Positions 13,131 through 25,780 of a stretch of DNA of 64,000 nt are shown here, one piece after another; position 1 is the first letter of the stretch; each line of letters begins with the position of its first letter. The stretch comes from Octopus vulgaris (lineage: Eukaryota), in NCBI GenBank assembly GCA_951406725.2, contig OX597822.1, positions 86,242,001 to 86,306,000 on the forward strand, given 5' to 3'. Made by a program: the position numbers and the translations under genes. Under the pieces are notes generated by a model. It did no database searches. It saw only the letters and a list, made by a program, of their open reading frames with translations, and was not told the origin of the DNA.

Positions 13131-14018
13131 TATTGTTGTTGGCAACCTTTTTGTCTCGGGATACAATGGAGTTCCGCATAAAATAATCTAGTCTGGCTTT
13201 TACATTTCATGTACTAATACATTTCCTGCTGTGGCTGTGTAGTCCTATCCTGGACAAACACTCCCTCTGGCAAGTGCCGCAAATGTAGCGAAGAGTTTGC
13301 CTGGCTGGTTGTAATGTCATACTTTCTTGTTGATGTCTTTTCTTGTCTTTCCATTTCTCCTCTCCCTCTATGTCACTCCTTTGTGTTCCCTCTTTTACGG
13401 TACATCGCCAATTTCCACGGTTTCTGGCAACTGCTTCCCAGTTGGTAATATTGATGTTGCAGGCATTCATGTCCCTTTTGCAAACATCCTTGTATCGTAA
13501 GAACGGTCTTCCCACAGACCTAGTGCCCCTAGCAAGCTCTCCGAAGAGTATGTCCTTGGGGATTCTGCTATCTTCCATGCAGCTAACATGTCCAAGCCAT
13601 CTCATATGTCTTTGTGTGAGGAGTGCAAACATGCTTGGTATTCCTGCTTGCTTGAAGACATCTTTGTTGGGGACATGATTCTGCCATTTGATGCGAAGGA
13701 TTTTCTGGAGGCAGCGCAGGTGAAAGATATTTAGGCGATGTATGGCGTCGTATGGTGTGTGTATGGCGTCCAAGTCTCACTTCCATACAGTAGAGTGCTA
13801 AGTACACATGCCTGGTAAATCTTCATTTTTGTGGTCTTGGTCAGCTTATTGTTGTCCCATGCCTGTTTGGAGAGTTGGGCCATTACAGCAGCTGCCTTGC
13901 CAATGCGTATATTGAGCTCAGCATTAAGGGATAGGTTGTAGGTGACGGTAGAACCAAGATAGGTAAACTTCTCCACCTCCTGTAGTCTGTGGTCTCCAAT
14001 ATGTATGTTTGGGATTTC
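13131..14018 (-). mobile_element. RTE (BovB-like) LINE 3' end with C-terminal C2H2 finger
   Basis: FTYLGS...RIGKAAA...LLYGSETW, RWLGHV..RIPKDILFGEL, YICGTCQRECLSRIGLHSHSRKC. Short (CAA)n-type tail at 13131-13140. Confidence 0.9.
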
Positions 14019-14303
14019 ATTTCTTATTTAAACGTGGTAATCCTCTTGAAAATCTGTTACTTATTCATCGATACTCAAAAACTGAACTTTCACCAACTGA
14101 ATACTCACCTTGTAGTGCCTTAATGCTTTTTGCTGGATTTTACCTCGAGAAAGGAACCCTGAGGAAGAAGGGTTGAATTTCGAATACTTCGTACAACCAC
14201 TTTTCTGAAACGGCTGCAGGTTAGAAAAAAAATGTTAATCACCTCTTTCAATTTAGGTTTTTATTTTTCATGTTTATATTCGTATTTCATTGTTATGTTT
14301 ATA

Positions 14304-14869
14304 TTGGGTTGTCCGGAAAGTTCGTTCCAATTTTTAAAGGAAAGTAAAGGTCACTAAATACTTGCCATTACATGTTTAATGAACCAATTCTGAACCATTT
14401 CGTTGCACAATACGTCTCCATCTTTCCATTACCTTGAAAATACCCTCTTCCCAGAATTGGGGTGGTTTCAAGGCAAAGAATTCGTCAAGGTATCTTTTTA
14501 CGTCATCTAAGGAATTGAAATTTTTACCATTAAGACTTTTCTGTAGAGACCTGAATAAGTGGAAATCCGAAGGAGCAATATCTGGGGAATAGGGAGGGTG
14601 GGGGTAACACATCCCAGCCGAGCTGCAGCAATTTTTGTCAGGTTCCCAAAGCATCAAGTGCCGAAAATGAACTTTCTTGTCTTTTATTTTAAAGGGTTAC
14701 AGAATTAACACAGGTTATAGGAACATAAACCTTCTTCCACGAAAAGATAGCTTAAACTGTGCTCTAAATGGAGGTGTAGTCAAATCCTATTTTATGAACT
14801 CAAACATGTTCTAAAATAAGCCGAAAGATAAGCTACTATAAATCGGCATGAACTTTCCGGACAACCCAA
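14304..14869 (-). mobile_element. Internally deleted mariner (DD34D-type) with both TIRs and TA target site
   Basis: TIRs ttgggttgtccggaaagttc / gaactttccggacaacccaa, flanked by TA. Retains HPPYSPDIAPSDFHLFRSL. Confidence 0.9.
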
Positions 14870-15134
14870 TATTTCTATATTTTTATCATGAAACTCTTAA
14901 CATAAATATGTGTATATTCATATCGAATAATATCTCATGTGCTACATCTGAATTTTCTTGTCTGAATGTTTTAAGACAAATATCCGAAATTTTTATCATA
15001 AACCACATTTTATTAATACTTAGCTCATATACGGAGACAAAAATGTTGTACTATATACTGCAGGTTATCTCCATTAAAATTCTCGTATTACATGGTCTTA
15101 AACTAATTTTGTCGGTAAATTTGAAACGTTTATA

Positions 15135-15300
15135 TTACGTTCTGAGTTCAGATTCCGCCGAGGTCGACTTAGCCTTTCATCCTTTCGGGGTAGATAAATT
15201 AAGTACCAGTTACCCACTGGAGTCGATGTAATCGACTTAATCCGTTTGTCTGTCCTTGTTTGTCCCCTCTATGTTTAGCCCCTTTGTGGGTAGTAAAGAA
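15135..15300 (+). mobile_element. SINE fragment with Meta/MESC-like core
   Basis: gagttcagattccgccgaggtcgacttagcctttcatcctttcggggtagataaattaagtaccag. Related copies at 40550-40770, 57440-57530 and, on the minus strand, 61700-61770. Confidence 0.7.
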
Positions 15301-15489
15301 ATATATATTAATTTAGCATTAGAATTCTTCAAGTTGTATAAAAATTGTTTGCATCATTCGAAAGAGAAATAAATTTTGCATAAGGTGTAAAAGATATAAA
15401 TAATTTGTATGGTGCTAGTAACAAAATATCTTGTAAGAAATAGAACTTTTATCGTCGGTCTTAAATATATTTTCGCCAGTGTATATATC

Positions 15490-16560
15490 TCAGGTCATCC
15501 CATAAGTTCTGTCCGAATTTTGGATAAAGAATCCAAGTGATCAAATGTTATATTTAATTGAAAATTAATTATCAATGTACTTTCCCTGATTATCTATGAC
15601 TTACTTCCATCTATTTACAAGCTTTTTAATCCTATCAATGTAAAACTCTTTTGGTTTCAAAGCAAAGAACTCTGAAATGTCAGGTTCGACCTCCCCCTGG
15701 CTTGCGAAAGTTGTGTCCCCCTAATAATTCTGTAAACTATGAAACAAATGGTATCCTGAAGGAGTAAGGTCGAGAGAATAAGTTGGATGAAGAAATTTTT
15801 CCAAACCGACCTCTTCGATCTTCTGTGATGTGATCTTTGCAGTGTGGGTTTGCACATTGTCCTGATGAAACATCACTCGTTTTTGACTCACTAAAGCAGC
15901 TCTTTTTTCCTTCAAAGCTTGGTTCAAACGCTCTAATTGCTGACAGTAGGCTTGAGCATTGATTGTTGCATTAGATGGTAACAATATAAAGTGAATTATG
16001 CCTTTGCAATCGCACCAGATAGAGTAGAACCTTTTTCCCATGAAGTTCCCTTCTCGGTTGTGGTTGAGCATTTTCCCTTTTACCAAGCCACTGTTTACGA
16101 CGTTTAACATTTCGATAGAAAATCTTTTTTTCGTCACAAGTCTATCGAAAAAGGGTGAAACGGGTTTGCGAGAATAGAGAGAAGAGCAGATGTCAACTCG
16201 AGATTTGCAGTTGCTTTCGGACAATACATGAGGCACCTATTTTCCAAGTTTAGGAATCTTTCCACGTTGTTGAAGATAACGATGAACTGTTGTATGGTTT
16301 GAAGTAAGCTTTATTGCCAATTCTTCAACTGATGATGAGGGATTTTCTTCAAGTAACGCCTCAAGGAGCTTATCATCAAACTCAATTGGACATCCTATTC
16401 GATCTTCATCTTCAATTTTGCAAACGATCTCCTGCAAGTTCTTTCATTCAAGCACTTTCCCATAAACTGAGTGTATGTTTTGAGTCACTTCGGCTGCAGT
16501 TACCTTTATTGTACTCATAAAGAATTATATGTGCCTTAAATGCTCCTTGGATACTTAATC
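15490..16560 (-). mobile_element. Mariner transposase pseudogene
   Basis: GK*VPHVL (WVPHEL motif), HQDNVQTH, YSLDLTPSGYHLFHSL, with HTH upstream. TIR-like end tcaggtcatcccataagttctgtccg at 15490. Cut off on the other side by the element starting at 16571. Confidence 0.85.
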
Positions 16561-16570
16561 AAAGCAATTT

Positions 16571-17830
16571 TAGGGTGTCCACGAAGTCTGGGTACATGGA
16601 ATAAAATCATAACATAAACAAATATAAGAAATAATAATTTTCCTTTTTTACTTTTGTTTAAATTAAATAAAAAAAATACTTTACTTTTCTAAATTTATAT
16701 GTTATTTTTTCTACAGATGATCGAATGATGGCTCTGTCTAAAGAAGAAAGAATCCCAGATTGAATGATGGATCTGTCTAAAGAAGAAAGAATCGAGTTAG
16801 TATTATTAAGTGGACGAGAGGGATGGTCTTATCGCAAAATTGCGGAAGAATTTAATCTTCGACACCCTTATAGGCAACCTATTTTTTTTACAGCCATTGG
16901 GAAATTGATCAAGAAATTTAAAGAAACAGGCAGTGTTTTGCATAAACCCCGTTCCGGGCAACCAAAGACTTCAGATGAAACGAAAGAGGCTGTCATGGCT
17001 AAAGTTTCTGCTAGCCCAAAGAAATCACTTCATCAGACATCCACGGTGTTAGGTGTTCCAAAACCAACCATCCACAAAATGCTGGTTGAGGAAAAGTTTC
17101 ATCGATACAACCTACAGATATTGCATCACTTAAATGAAGACGACCCTGATAGACGAATGTAGACGTGCGAATGGTTTTCAGATAAATTGGATGAAAATAT
17201 CAATTTTACGAAAAACTTTGTGTTGTTTAGTGACAAAGCTACGTTTTATGTAAATGGTGAGGTCAACAGACAGAATCTTCTATACTGGTCTCGAGGTAAT
17301 CCACATTGGATGGATCCATCCAAACAGCAAGGCAGCAAAAAGGTGATAGTGTGGTGTGGTTTGTGGAAAGCTCATGTTCTAGGACCCTTCTTCATTGAAC
17401 ATGTAATGGATGAGACTTATGTAAACATATTGAGAGACAAATTAATATCTCAAATTGAGCGCCTAGGCAAGGGCCTTCCGAATTGGTTTCAGCAGGATGG
17501 GGCCCCTACACATTTTGCCACAACTGTTAGAGATTGGCTTAATGACACTTTTCCTCATTGGATTGGAAGAAGGGGTCATATGGAAAGGTCGCCTCATTCA
17601 CCAAACCTTTCACCCCTTGATTTCTTTTTCTGGGGTATGTTGAAAGAGAAAGATAACAATAAAGATTACAGATTTAAAACACATGAGAGAACGCATTACC
17701 AGTCAGTGTGCTGAAATTGATGGCAATGTAGACTTATTTAATCAAGTTCACCTGAATTTTGCAAGGCGCATCAAGTTATGCATTGAAAATGATGGAAATC
17801 ACTTTGAAAATATTATTTATTAACATTATA
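16571..17830 (+). mobile_element. Tc1/mariner rosa-like (DD41D-type) transposon, pseudogenised
   Basis: Left end (T)AGGGTGTCC. ORF from 16764 with an in-frame stop at 17160. Motifs FSDKATF, QQDGAPTH, WIGRRG, SPNLSPLDFFFWG, with 40 residues between the 2nd and 3rd D by manual count. Right TIR not seen. Confidence 0.8.
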
Positions 17831-17832
17831 GT

Positions 17833-18086
17833 TATATATATATATATATATGTTTATATATATATGTATATGTATGTATATATATATGTGTATGTATATG
17901 TATATGTATGTATATGTATATGTATGTATATATGTATATGCATGTATATATGTATGTATGTATATATATATATGTATTTATATATATATGTATATGTAAG
18001 TATATATATATGTATATGTATGTATATATATGTATATGTATGTATATATATATATGTATATGTATGTATATATATATATGTATATG

Positions 18087-18131
<45 letters not shown>

Positions 18132-18180
18132 TGTATGTATATATATGTATACATATATATATATACATACATATGTATGC
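17833..18180. repeat. (TA)n/(TATG)n microsatellite
   Basis: Direct reading; source of the spurious Y/I/M-rich ORFs. Confidence 0.95.
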
Positions 18181-18181
18181 C

Positions 18182-20646
18182 GTGAGGACCAAAGACTGGA
18201 GGTGTTTCACGTTGCAAGACAGTGTGTGAGAGAGAATCGTGATGTGGTAGGAGAGAAGTGTGTTCGCATGGAAGATGGTTCACTTGCGCTAAATGAGGAT
18301 GCAAAGAGAGAGGTTTGGAGACGCCACTATGAAAGGTTGCTGAATAAAGAAAATGAATGGGATAAAGAGAGTCTGCCGAATGTTGACCCAACAGAGGGAC
18401 CAGCTATCCGAGTTGATAGTTCCTTGGTAGTTAAGGCAATTAGAAGCATGAAGACAGGGAAAGCCCCAGGCCCATCAGGAATCACTGCAGAGATGCTCAA
18501 AATGTCTGGTAGTGTCAGCTATAGCCTAGTCACCCGTATAGTTAATCAGGTGATACACAAAGGAGTCATACCCAATGACTGGTGTAGCAGCATAATAGTC
18601 AACTGCTACAAAGGTAAAGGTGACACCCTAGATACAAATAATTACAGAGGTATCAAGCTGTTGGATCAGGTGATGAAGGTTATGGAGAGGGTCATAGCCC
18701 AACTAATTAGAGAGAGAGTTAGCTTAGATGAGATGCAGTTTGGGTTCGTGCCAGGGAAAAGTACTACTGATGCTATATTCTTGGTAAGGCAGCTGCAGGA
18801 GAAATACCTAGCCAAAGATAAGCCCCTGTACCTGGCTTTTGTTGACATGGAGAAAGCCTTCGACAGGGTACCCCGATCCCTTATCTGGTGGTCAATGAGG
18901 AAACTAGGGATAGATAAATGGTTAGTGAGAGCTGTGCGAGTCATGTACAGGGACGCTGCTAGTAAGGTGAGGGTTGGCAACGAGTACAGTGAAGAATTCC
19001 AGGTAGAGGTAGGGGTCCACCAAGGCTCAGTCCTCAGTCCCCTCCTATTTATAATAGTCCTCCAGGCAATAACGGAGGAATTCAAGACAGGATGCCCTTG
19101 GGAGCTCCTCTATGCTGATGACCTTGCTCTAATTGCTGAGTCACTATCAGAACTGGAGGAGAAGTTTCTGGTGTGGAAACAAGGATTAGAATCGAAGGGC
19201 CTTAGAGTCAATCTAGCTAAAACCAAAGTCGTAATCAGTAGGAAGGTAGACAAATCACAAACGCCTTCAGGTAGATGGCCCTGCTCGATCTGTAGAAAAG
19301 GTGTAGGTAGAAACTCTATAAGATGCACCAAGTGTAAGCTATGGACACATAAGAGGTGCAGCAATGTCAAAGGAAGGCTAACTAGGAAAATGGTTTTTGT
19401 ATGTGGCAGATGCTCAGGAACAATAAACACTGAAAATGCTCTGAGACTAACTAACGTCACTTTCCAGGGAGAAAAACTAGAAATAGTTGATAGCTTCCGT
19501 TACCTAGGTGACCAAGTCAGCAGCGGGGGCGGGTGTGCTGAAAGTGTAACTGCTAGAGTAAGAATAGTTTGGGCAAAATTCAGAGAGCTCTTACCTCTGC
19601 TGGTGACAAAAGGCCTCTTGCACAGAGTAAAAGGCAGATTGTATGATGCGTGTGTACGAACAGCCATGCTACATGGCAGTGAAACATGGGCCGTGACTGC
19701 TGAGGATATGCGTAAGCTCGCAAGAAATGAAGCTAGTATGCTTCGATGGATGTGTAATGTCAGTACTCATACTCGGCAGAGTGTAAGTACCTTGAGAGAA
19801 AAGCTGGACCTATGAAGCATCAGTTATGGTGTGCAAGAGAGACGTTTGCGCTGGTATGGTCATGTGGCGAGAATGGACGAAGATAGGTGTGTGAAAAAGT
19901 GCCACACCCTGGCAGTTGAGGGGACCTGTGGAAGAGGCAGACCCAGGAAAACCTGGGATGAGGTGGTGAAGCACGACCTTCGAACTTTAGGTCTCACTGA
20001 GGAAATGACTAGAGACTGAGACCTCTGGAAGTATGCTGTGCGTGAGAAGACTCGGCAGGACAAGTGAGACCATAACCCGTGGCCTTCTACATGGGATGGA
20101 GCCAGCCTACGTATGCATACCTTCCCTTCTTGTGAAGACCTGTTGAGGCAAGTGAGGATCAGAATCGAAATCGATCAATGAAAATTGCAGCTGAGTTACC
20201 AGTGCCGGTGGCATGTAAGAGAACCATCTGTTCGTAACCGTTGCCAGCGCCGTCCCAACTGGCCTCATGCCGGTGGCACGTAAAAAGCACCATCCGTTCG
20301 CGTCCGTTGCCAGCCTCGCCTGGCCCCTGTGCCGGTGGCAGGTAAAAGCACCATCCGCTCGTGTCCGTTGCCAGCCTCGCCTGGCCTCTGTGCCGGTGGC
20401 ACGTAAAAGCACCATCCGTTCGTGGCCGTTTACCAGCTCCATCTGGCACCTGTGCGGGTGGCACGTAAAAAGCACCCACTACACTCACGGAGTGGTTGGC
20501 GTTAGGAAGGACATCCAGCCGTAGAAACACTGCCAGATCAGACTGGGCCTGATGCAGCCTTCTGGCTTCACAGACCCCAGTTGAACCATCCAACCCATGC
20601 TAGCATGGAAAGCGGACGCTAAATGGTGATGATGATGATGATGATG

Positions 20647-20647
<1 letters not shown>
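18182..20647 (+). mobile_element. Young 5'-truncated RTE-clade LINE (RT with inserted PHD finger, tandem-repeat 3' UTR, (GAT)n tail)
   Basis: Open for ~540 codons: [64 protein letters not shown]. One stop at 19813; ORF end ~20065. Confidence 0.95.
20205..20475 (+). repeat. ~57-bp tandem repeat in the RTE 3' UTR
   Basis: About 4.5 units of gtgccggtggcacgtaaaagcaccatccgttcgtgtccgttgccagcctcgcctggcccct. Confidence 0.9.
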
Positions 20648-20678
<31 letters not shown>

Positions 20679-21049
20679 GTATATATATGTATTTATGTAT
20701 ATATATATATATATATGTATGTATATATATATATATGTATGTATATATATATATATGTATATATATATATGTGTATATATATATATATATATGTATGTAT
20801 ATATATATATATATGTATGTATATATATATATATATGTATGTATATATTTATGTATGTTGGCCTGCTCGCTTAGCCAGCGGGGTGGCGTCATTCGAAGGC
20901 TAAAACAATGCCAACGCATTGGAAATGTGACCAGCGATGTGTAACAACATATGATGGTCTGGTCGGTCACGTGATCACGTGACGTGATATTTATGTATGT
21001 ATATTTATGTATATATATATATATATATGTATGTATATATATATGTATG

Positions 21050-21080
<31 letters not shown>

Positions 21081-21105
21081 GTATGTATGTATATATATAT
21101 GTATG

Positions 21106-21152
<47 letters not shown>

Positions 21153-21209
21153 GTATGTATATATATATATATATATATATGTATATACATATATATATAT
21201 ATATGTAAG

Positions 21210-21240
<31 letters not shown>

Positions 21241-21285
21241 ATATATATATATGTATGTATATACATATATATATATATATGTAAG

Positions 21286-21316
<31 letters not shown>

Positions 21317-21321
21317 GTATG

Positions 21322-21384
<63 letters not shown>

Positions 21385-21547
21385 ATATGTATGTATATAT
21401 ATATATGTATGTATATATATATATGTATGTATATATATATATGTATGTATATGTATATGTATGTATATGTATATGTATGTATATGTATATGTATGTATAT
21501 GTATGTATATGTATATGTATGTATATGTATATATATATATGTATGTA
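20648..21547. repeat. (TA)n/(TATG)n array interrupted by a short GC-rich interspersed fragment (20858-20985)
   Basis: Direct reading. Confidence 0.9.
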
Positions 21548-22279
21548 TAGCAACGAATTGCCTCACCACACACCGAATTTAGAAATAGCAGAGATCTCCC
21601 TTTTAGTAGAAAGAATAGCTATGACTCTTTGACTGCTATTTCTAAATTCGGTGTGTGGTGAGGCAATTCGTTGCTAAACCCTTAATTACTTAGTATTACT
21701 TAAACTTTCCTCGAATGAGGCTTTTACATGCCAAAATCTACTTGGTGTAATTAATGATTATTCCAAATTAATTAATTTCACCCTATATTGTTGCTGATAA
21801 CCATATTTCATCCCAGTAAATGACCACAGCATCTTGTCTTGGCTACACGCGGGTGGGAAGGGGTTGGTGACACAAACTTTCATTCACACTTTGAATTTGG
21901 TGATACTGGTAACGGCTTTAGCTCGCTCTGATACTGAGTTGAGATGATGCCTTCTAGTATCTCGAAATTTAATATACAATTATTCATAATTGTAGTGTCC
22001 TACGCTGATGAGAAAAGAAGTTGGGTAAGACATAATTATCTAATTCTTATGCTTTCCTAAAACTTAATTTCGAAACGTACGTCCGTGGGTGACTTAAAAT
22101 TGTATGATAGATTGCCGTCATTTCATTCTCTCTTACCTGTCTGTGTTTGCCTTTCAAGTGCTGTGTTTTTACTGAGATCTCCCTTTTAGTAGAAAGAATA
22201 GCTATGACTCTTTGACTGCTATTTCTAAATTCGGTGTGTGGTGAGGCAATTCGTTGCTAAACCCTTAATTACTTAGTAT
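21548..22279 (+). mobile_element. Non-coding retrozyme / Penelope pseudo-LTR-like unit with 106-bp direct repeats, a 44-bp inverted 5' extension and a hammerhead
   Basis: Direct repeats at 21591-21696 and 22174-22279 (period 583). 21548-21591 is the reverse complement of 21633-21676. Hammerhead at 21999-22089. Embedded in (TA)n. Confidence 0.8.
21999..22089 (+). ncRNA. Type I hammerhead ribozyme with canonical core
   Basis: Stem I cctacg/cgtggg; CTGATGA at 22005-22011; stem II gaaa/tttc closing a long loop; GAAA at 22072-22075; palindromic stem III (acgtacgt); GUC triplet with predicted cut after 22083. Confidence 0.8.
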
Positions 22280-22544
22280 GTATGTATATATATATATATG
22301 TATATGTATATATATATTAGAAGAAATGAGGTAATCAGAAGATCAGATGGTTTATATTTACAGAATATATATATATATATATATATATATAACGGGAAGG
22401 TTTACGAAAATAAACAAAAGACGAAGGCAGGTGGAGTACAAACAAACAGAGATCCTGGTTGGTTGGAGTATTATTTGCTCCATGTACAGAGTGTTGATGA
22501 GGTTATCCATATATATATCCATATATATATATCCATATATATCC

Positions 22545-22749
22545 CATGGCCACACCCGAGACCTGTTGGTAGAACTCGCCCTCGAACAAGAAGCAGTTAA
22601 GAGAAAGGACAAGTTCGGCCAGATGAATGAATGTGGAGGTGTCGGGTTCGTGGTTGGGGCGGAGGTGTAGAAAGTGTTGAAGTGCCCGCAGTCCTTCGTG
22701 GTGAGGGATGACGGTATAGAGGCTCTGGATGCCCATTGTGAAGAGGAGT
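22545..22749 (-). mobile_element. Penelope-like RT fragment
   Basis: [20 protein letters not shown]...[27 protein letters not shown]. Confidence 0.85.
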
Positions 22750-22834
22750 TTATATGTATATGTATGTATATGTATGTATATATATGTATATGTATGTATA
22801 TATATGTATATGTATATATACATATATGTATATG

Positions 22835-22891
<57 letters not shown>

Positions 22892-22994
22892 ATGTATATA
22901 TATATATATATATATGTATGTATATATATATATGTGTATGTATGTATATATATGTATATGTATGTATATATGTATATGTATGTATATATATATA

Positions 22995-23184
22995 ACACTT
23001 TCTCGACCTCCACCCCAACCCCGAACCTGACACCTCCACACTCATTCGTCTGGCCGAACTTGTCCTTTCTCTTAACTGCTTCTCATTTGCGGGCGAGTTC
23101 TACCAACAGGTCTCGGGAGTGGCCATGGAAACACGAATGGGCCCCAACTATGCGAACCTGTTCATTGGCTATGTTGAGGCCCAA
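22995..23184 (+). mobile_element. Penelope-like RT fragment, inverted relative to 22545-22749
   Basis: [51 protein letters not shown]. Confidence 0.85.
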
Positions 23185-23242
23185 ATATATATATATCCAT
23201 ATATATATATAAATCCATATATATATATTTTTTTTTTTTTAT

Positions 23243-25752
23243 CTAGTTTCAGCTCATGAGCTGTGGCCATGCTGGGGCACCATTATTTTGTGTTGCTACA
23301 TGATTTTACTTCATGAATGCTTTTTAGCAATTATCATTTGGTGCATGAGAGAGTTCAATGCAGCTGCCCTCATCTGCACCTCCTGCCGTGAAGTTGGTTC
23401 ATCTGGGACACCTGACAGGAAGAGATCCAGTTTTATTTTAAAGACATCTGCATCCACCCCATGCAGGTCTCTCAGGTTCTTCGGGAGGATATTGAAGAGC
23501 TGTGGGCCTCTGAAGCCCAGGCTATCACAGTATCTTGTCCTACATCTTGATGGCAAATTTGGAGTCCTTGGCACTATGCAGTGGCACCCAGGTCTAGCAT
23601 TTGTGTAACTCTCGAAGCCAAAGTTTGGGACAAGTCCTTCTAGGATCTTCCAGATGTATATTATGGCATATCTTTTTCACCTATGCTCTAAGGAATAGAG
23701 TCTTAATCTCTCGAGTCTTTCCCAGTAGCTTATATGCTGCACAGAGGCTATCTTCTTCGTGTAGCTTCGTTGGATCGCCTCAAGTTCTGTGATTAACTTG
23801 ACATGGATGGTGACCATAGCTGAGAGCAATAGTCAAAGTGGCTTAGGACAAGTGTCCTCCAGAGGACCATCATGGTTTCCTGGTCTCTTGTTCTAAAGGT
23901 TCTAAGAATCCATCCAGTCAGCCGCCTACATTTCATTGCCAATTTAGCAACATGCACATGAAAGGTTGCATCATCACACATGTAAATACCCAGGTCTCGC
24001 ACTGATTGTGCCTCTGGAATTGCAATCCCTCCAGGTCCAGTGTATTTATTGGGTATTGCATTTAGTTTTGCATGCTGATAGCATAAAGCTTGAAACTTTT
24101 CAGCATTGGACTGCATGCTATTCTTTTCAGCCCACTTGTATATTTTGTCCAGCTCACGTTGCAGGTGCATAGTGTCTTCAGGGTCCTGTATTGCCTGTGA
24201 AACTTTTGTATCATCTGCATAACTTGTGATCATGGCTCTCTGCATGGATGATGGCATGTCTGAGAGGGCCATTATGAACAGTAGTGGTCCCAAAACAGTG
24301 CCTTGCGGAACACCGCTCACTATTTGCGTGTTAATGGAAGTGGCCCCATTGGCTACTACCACCTGGCTTCTATCCTTCAGAAAGTCATGAAGCCATTCTT
24401 CCAATTTTCCAACTATGCCAAGATCACACAGTTTGTGACATATCATTCCATGATCGACTTTATCAAAGGCCTTTGCAAAGTCGAGATATATGACTTCCAC
24501 ACTTGAGTGGTTGAGCAGTCGTTTCAGCACCCAGTCATAGTGTTGTAGGAGCTGAGTTAGGCAGCTTCTTCCTGGTCGGAAACCATGTTGGGTGTCAGGC
24601 AGCAAGTCATTTTCTCTAAGGAAGGTGATTAGTTTCCTTCTGACTATTCGTTCCATGACCTTGCTGATGTGTGAGGTCAGAGAGATAGGTCTGTAGTTCT
24701 TGGCCTCCGCTCTGCTACCTCCTTTATGAATAGGGCATATTTTACCTTCCTACAGTTTTCTTGGAAGTTTGCCAGTTGCAAGGAAGCTCTGAAAGAGGAA
24801 CTGCAGTGGTCTTGCTAGGACTCTCTTACATACTTTTAGAAGTTTTGCTGGGAATCCATCGGGGCCAGTAGCTGAGTTTGTTTTCATTTCATCTATAGCC
24901 TTTATTACATCGTCTTCCTTTATATTGATGTAATCAATCATCACTGCCTCTGATTTTATATCTGCAGTGGTAAAGATGTCAGTTGGATTGCTGACTTGAA
25001 AATGCCCAAGGGGTGGAGTGAAAATACTCTTGAATTGCTCATTTAGTATTTCACTTATCCTCATTGGATTTCCTGTGAGTGTGCCTTCCTTTTCAAGGAG
25101 TGGCCCTATCCTACAGTGCACCGTAGCTGTTTCTTTGGCATACCTGTAGAAAGCTCTGGGGTTAGATTTTATGTTGTCTATAGCCCAGGCTTCTTTGTCT
25201 GCTCTTTCTTTTTCATGGGAGAGTTGCAGACATTTTTCAATTTCCTACAGGTTTATTTTCAGGCGGGACTTTTCACTGCTTTCAATTTGTTTGTTTAGGT
25301 GATTTGAAACTTTTGTATGCTGTCTCATTAGAATTTTCCTCTCTCTGGGGATTTTGTTCTTGTGTACAGTGGCCTTTCTCTCTGGGACACATTTGTAGCA
25401 TATGGCTTGCATTACAGACATGAACTGTTGAAGTTTCATGTCGATGTCTGGCGAGGAGAGACATTCAGGCCAGTTTTGTTTGAGGATCTCTTTCTCAATT
25501 TGTTTCCAGTTTGCCTTATGGAAGTTAAAGCTGGAAAGATTCTGAGAGTTTCTTGTAGACTGCAAGTCCATGCTTTCCTTTGACCCGTACATGTTCAGCT
25601 CTACCATGTTGTGATCCGAGAGTAGTGTCAGTGTCACTTTCACATTATGGATGAGATCCATATTATTTGTGAAGCAGAGATCCAGTATGTTACCTGCCCT
25701 TGTTGGTTGGAGTATTATTTGCTCCATGTACAGAGTGTTGATGAGGTTATCC
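23243..25752 (-). mobile_element. CR1/L2-group LINE, 5'-truncated (end of endonuclease plus RT)
   Basis: PTRAGNILDLCFTN, SATGPDGFP, QHGFRPGRSC, YLDFAKAFDKVDH, SGVPQGTVLGPLLF, YADD, RDLG. Frameshifted. 3' end at ~23243 next to an A-rich tail. Confidence 0.92.
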
Positions 25753-25780
25753 ATATATATATATATATATCCATATATAT

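Noticed and set aside
14155-14200. CTGAGGA...ttc-GAATAC hammerhead-like motif
   Set aside because: Core mismatch and no convincing stem I; too weak to call.
20205-20475. Repeat array superficially resembling CRISPR
   Set aside because: Units are whole tandem repeats without unique spacers, lie in a LINE 3' UTR, and have no cas genes in a eukaryotic context.
17759-23212. Long Tyr/Ile/Met/His-rich ORFs on both strands, including the N-terminal ~90 aa of the 635-aa ORF
   Set aside because: Translations of (TA)n/(TATG)n microsatellite; only the RTE part from ~18182 is real coding sequence.
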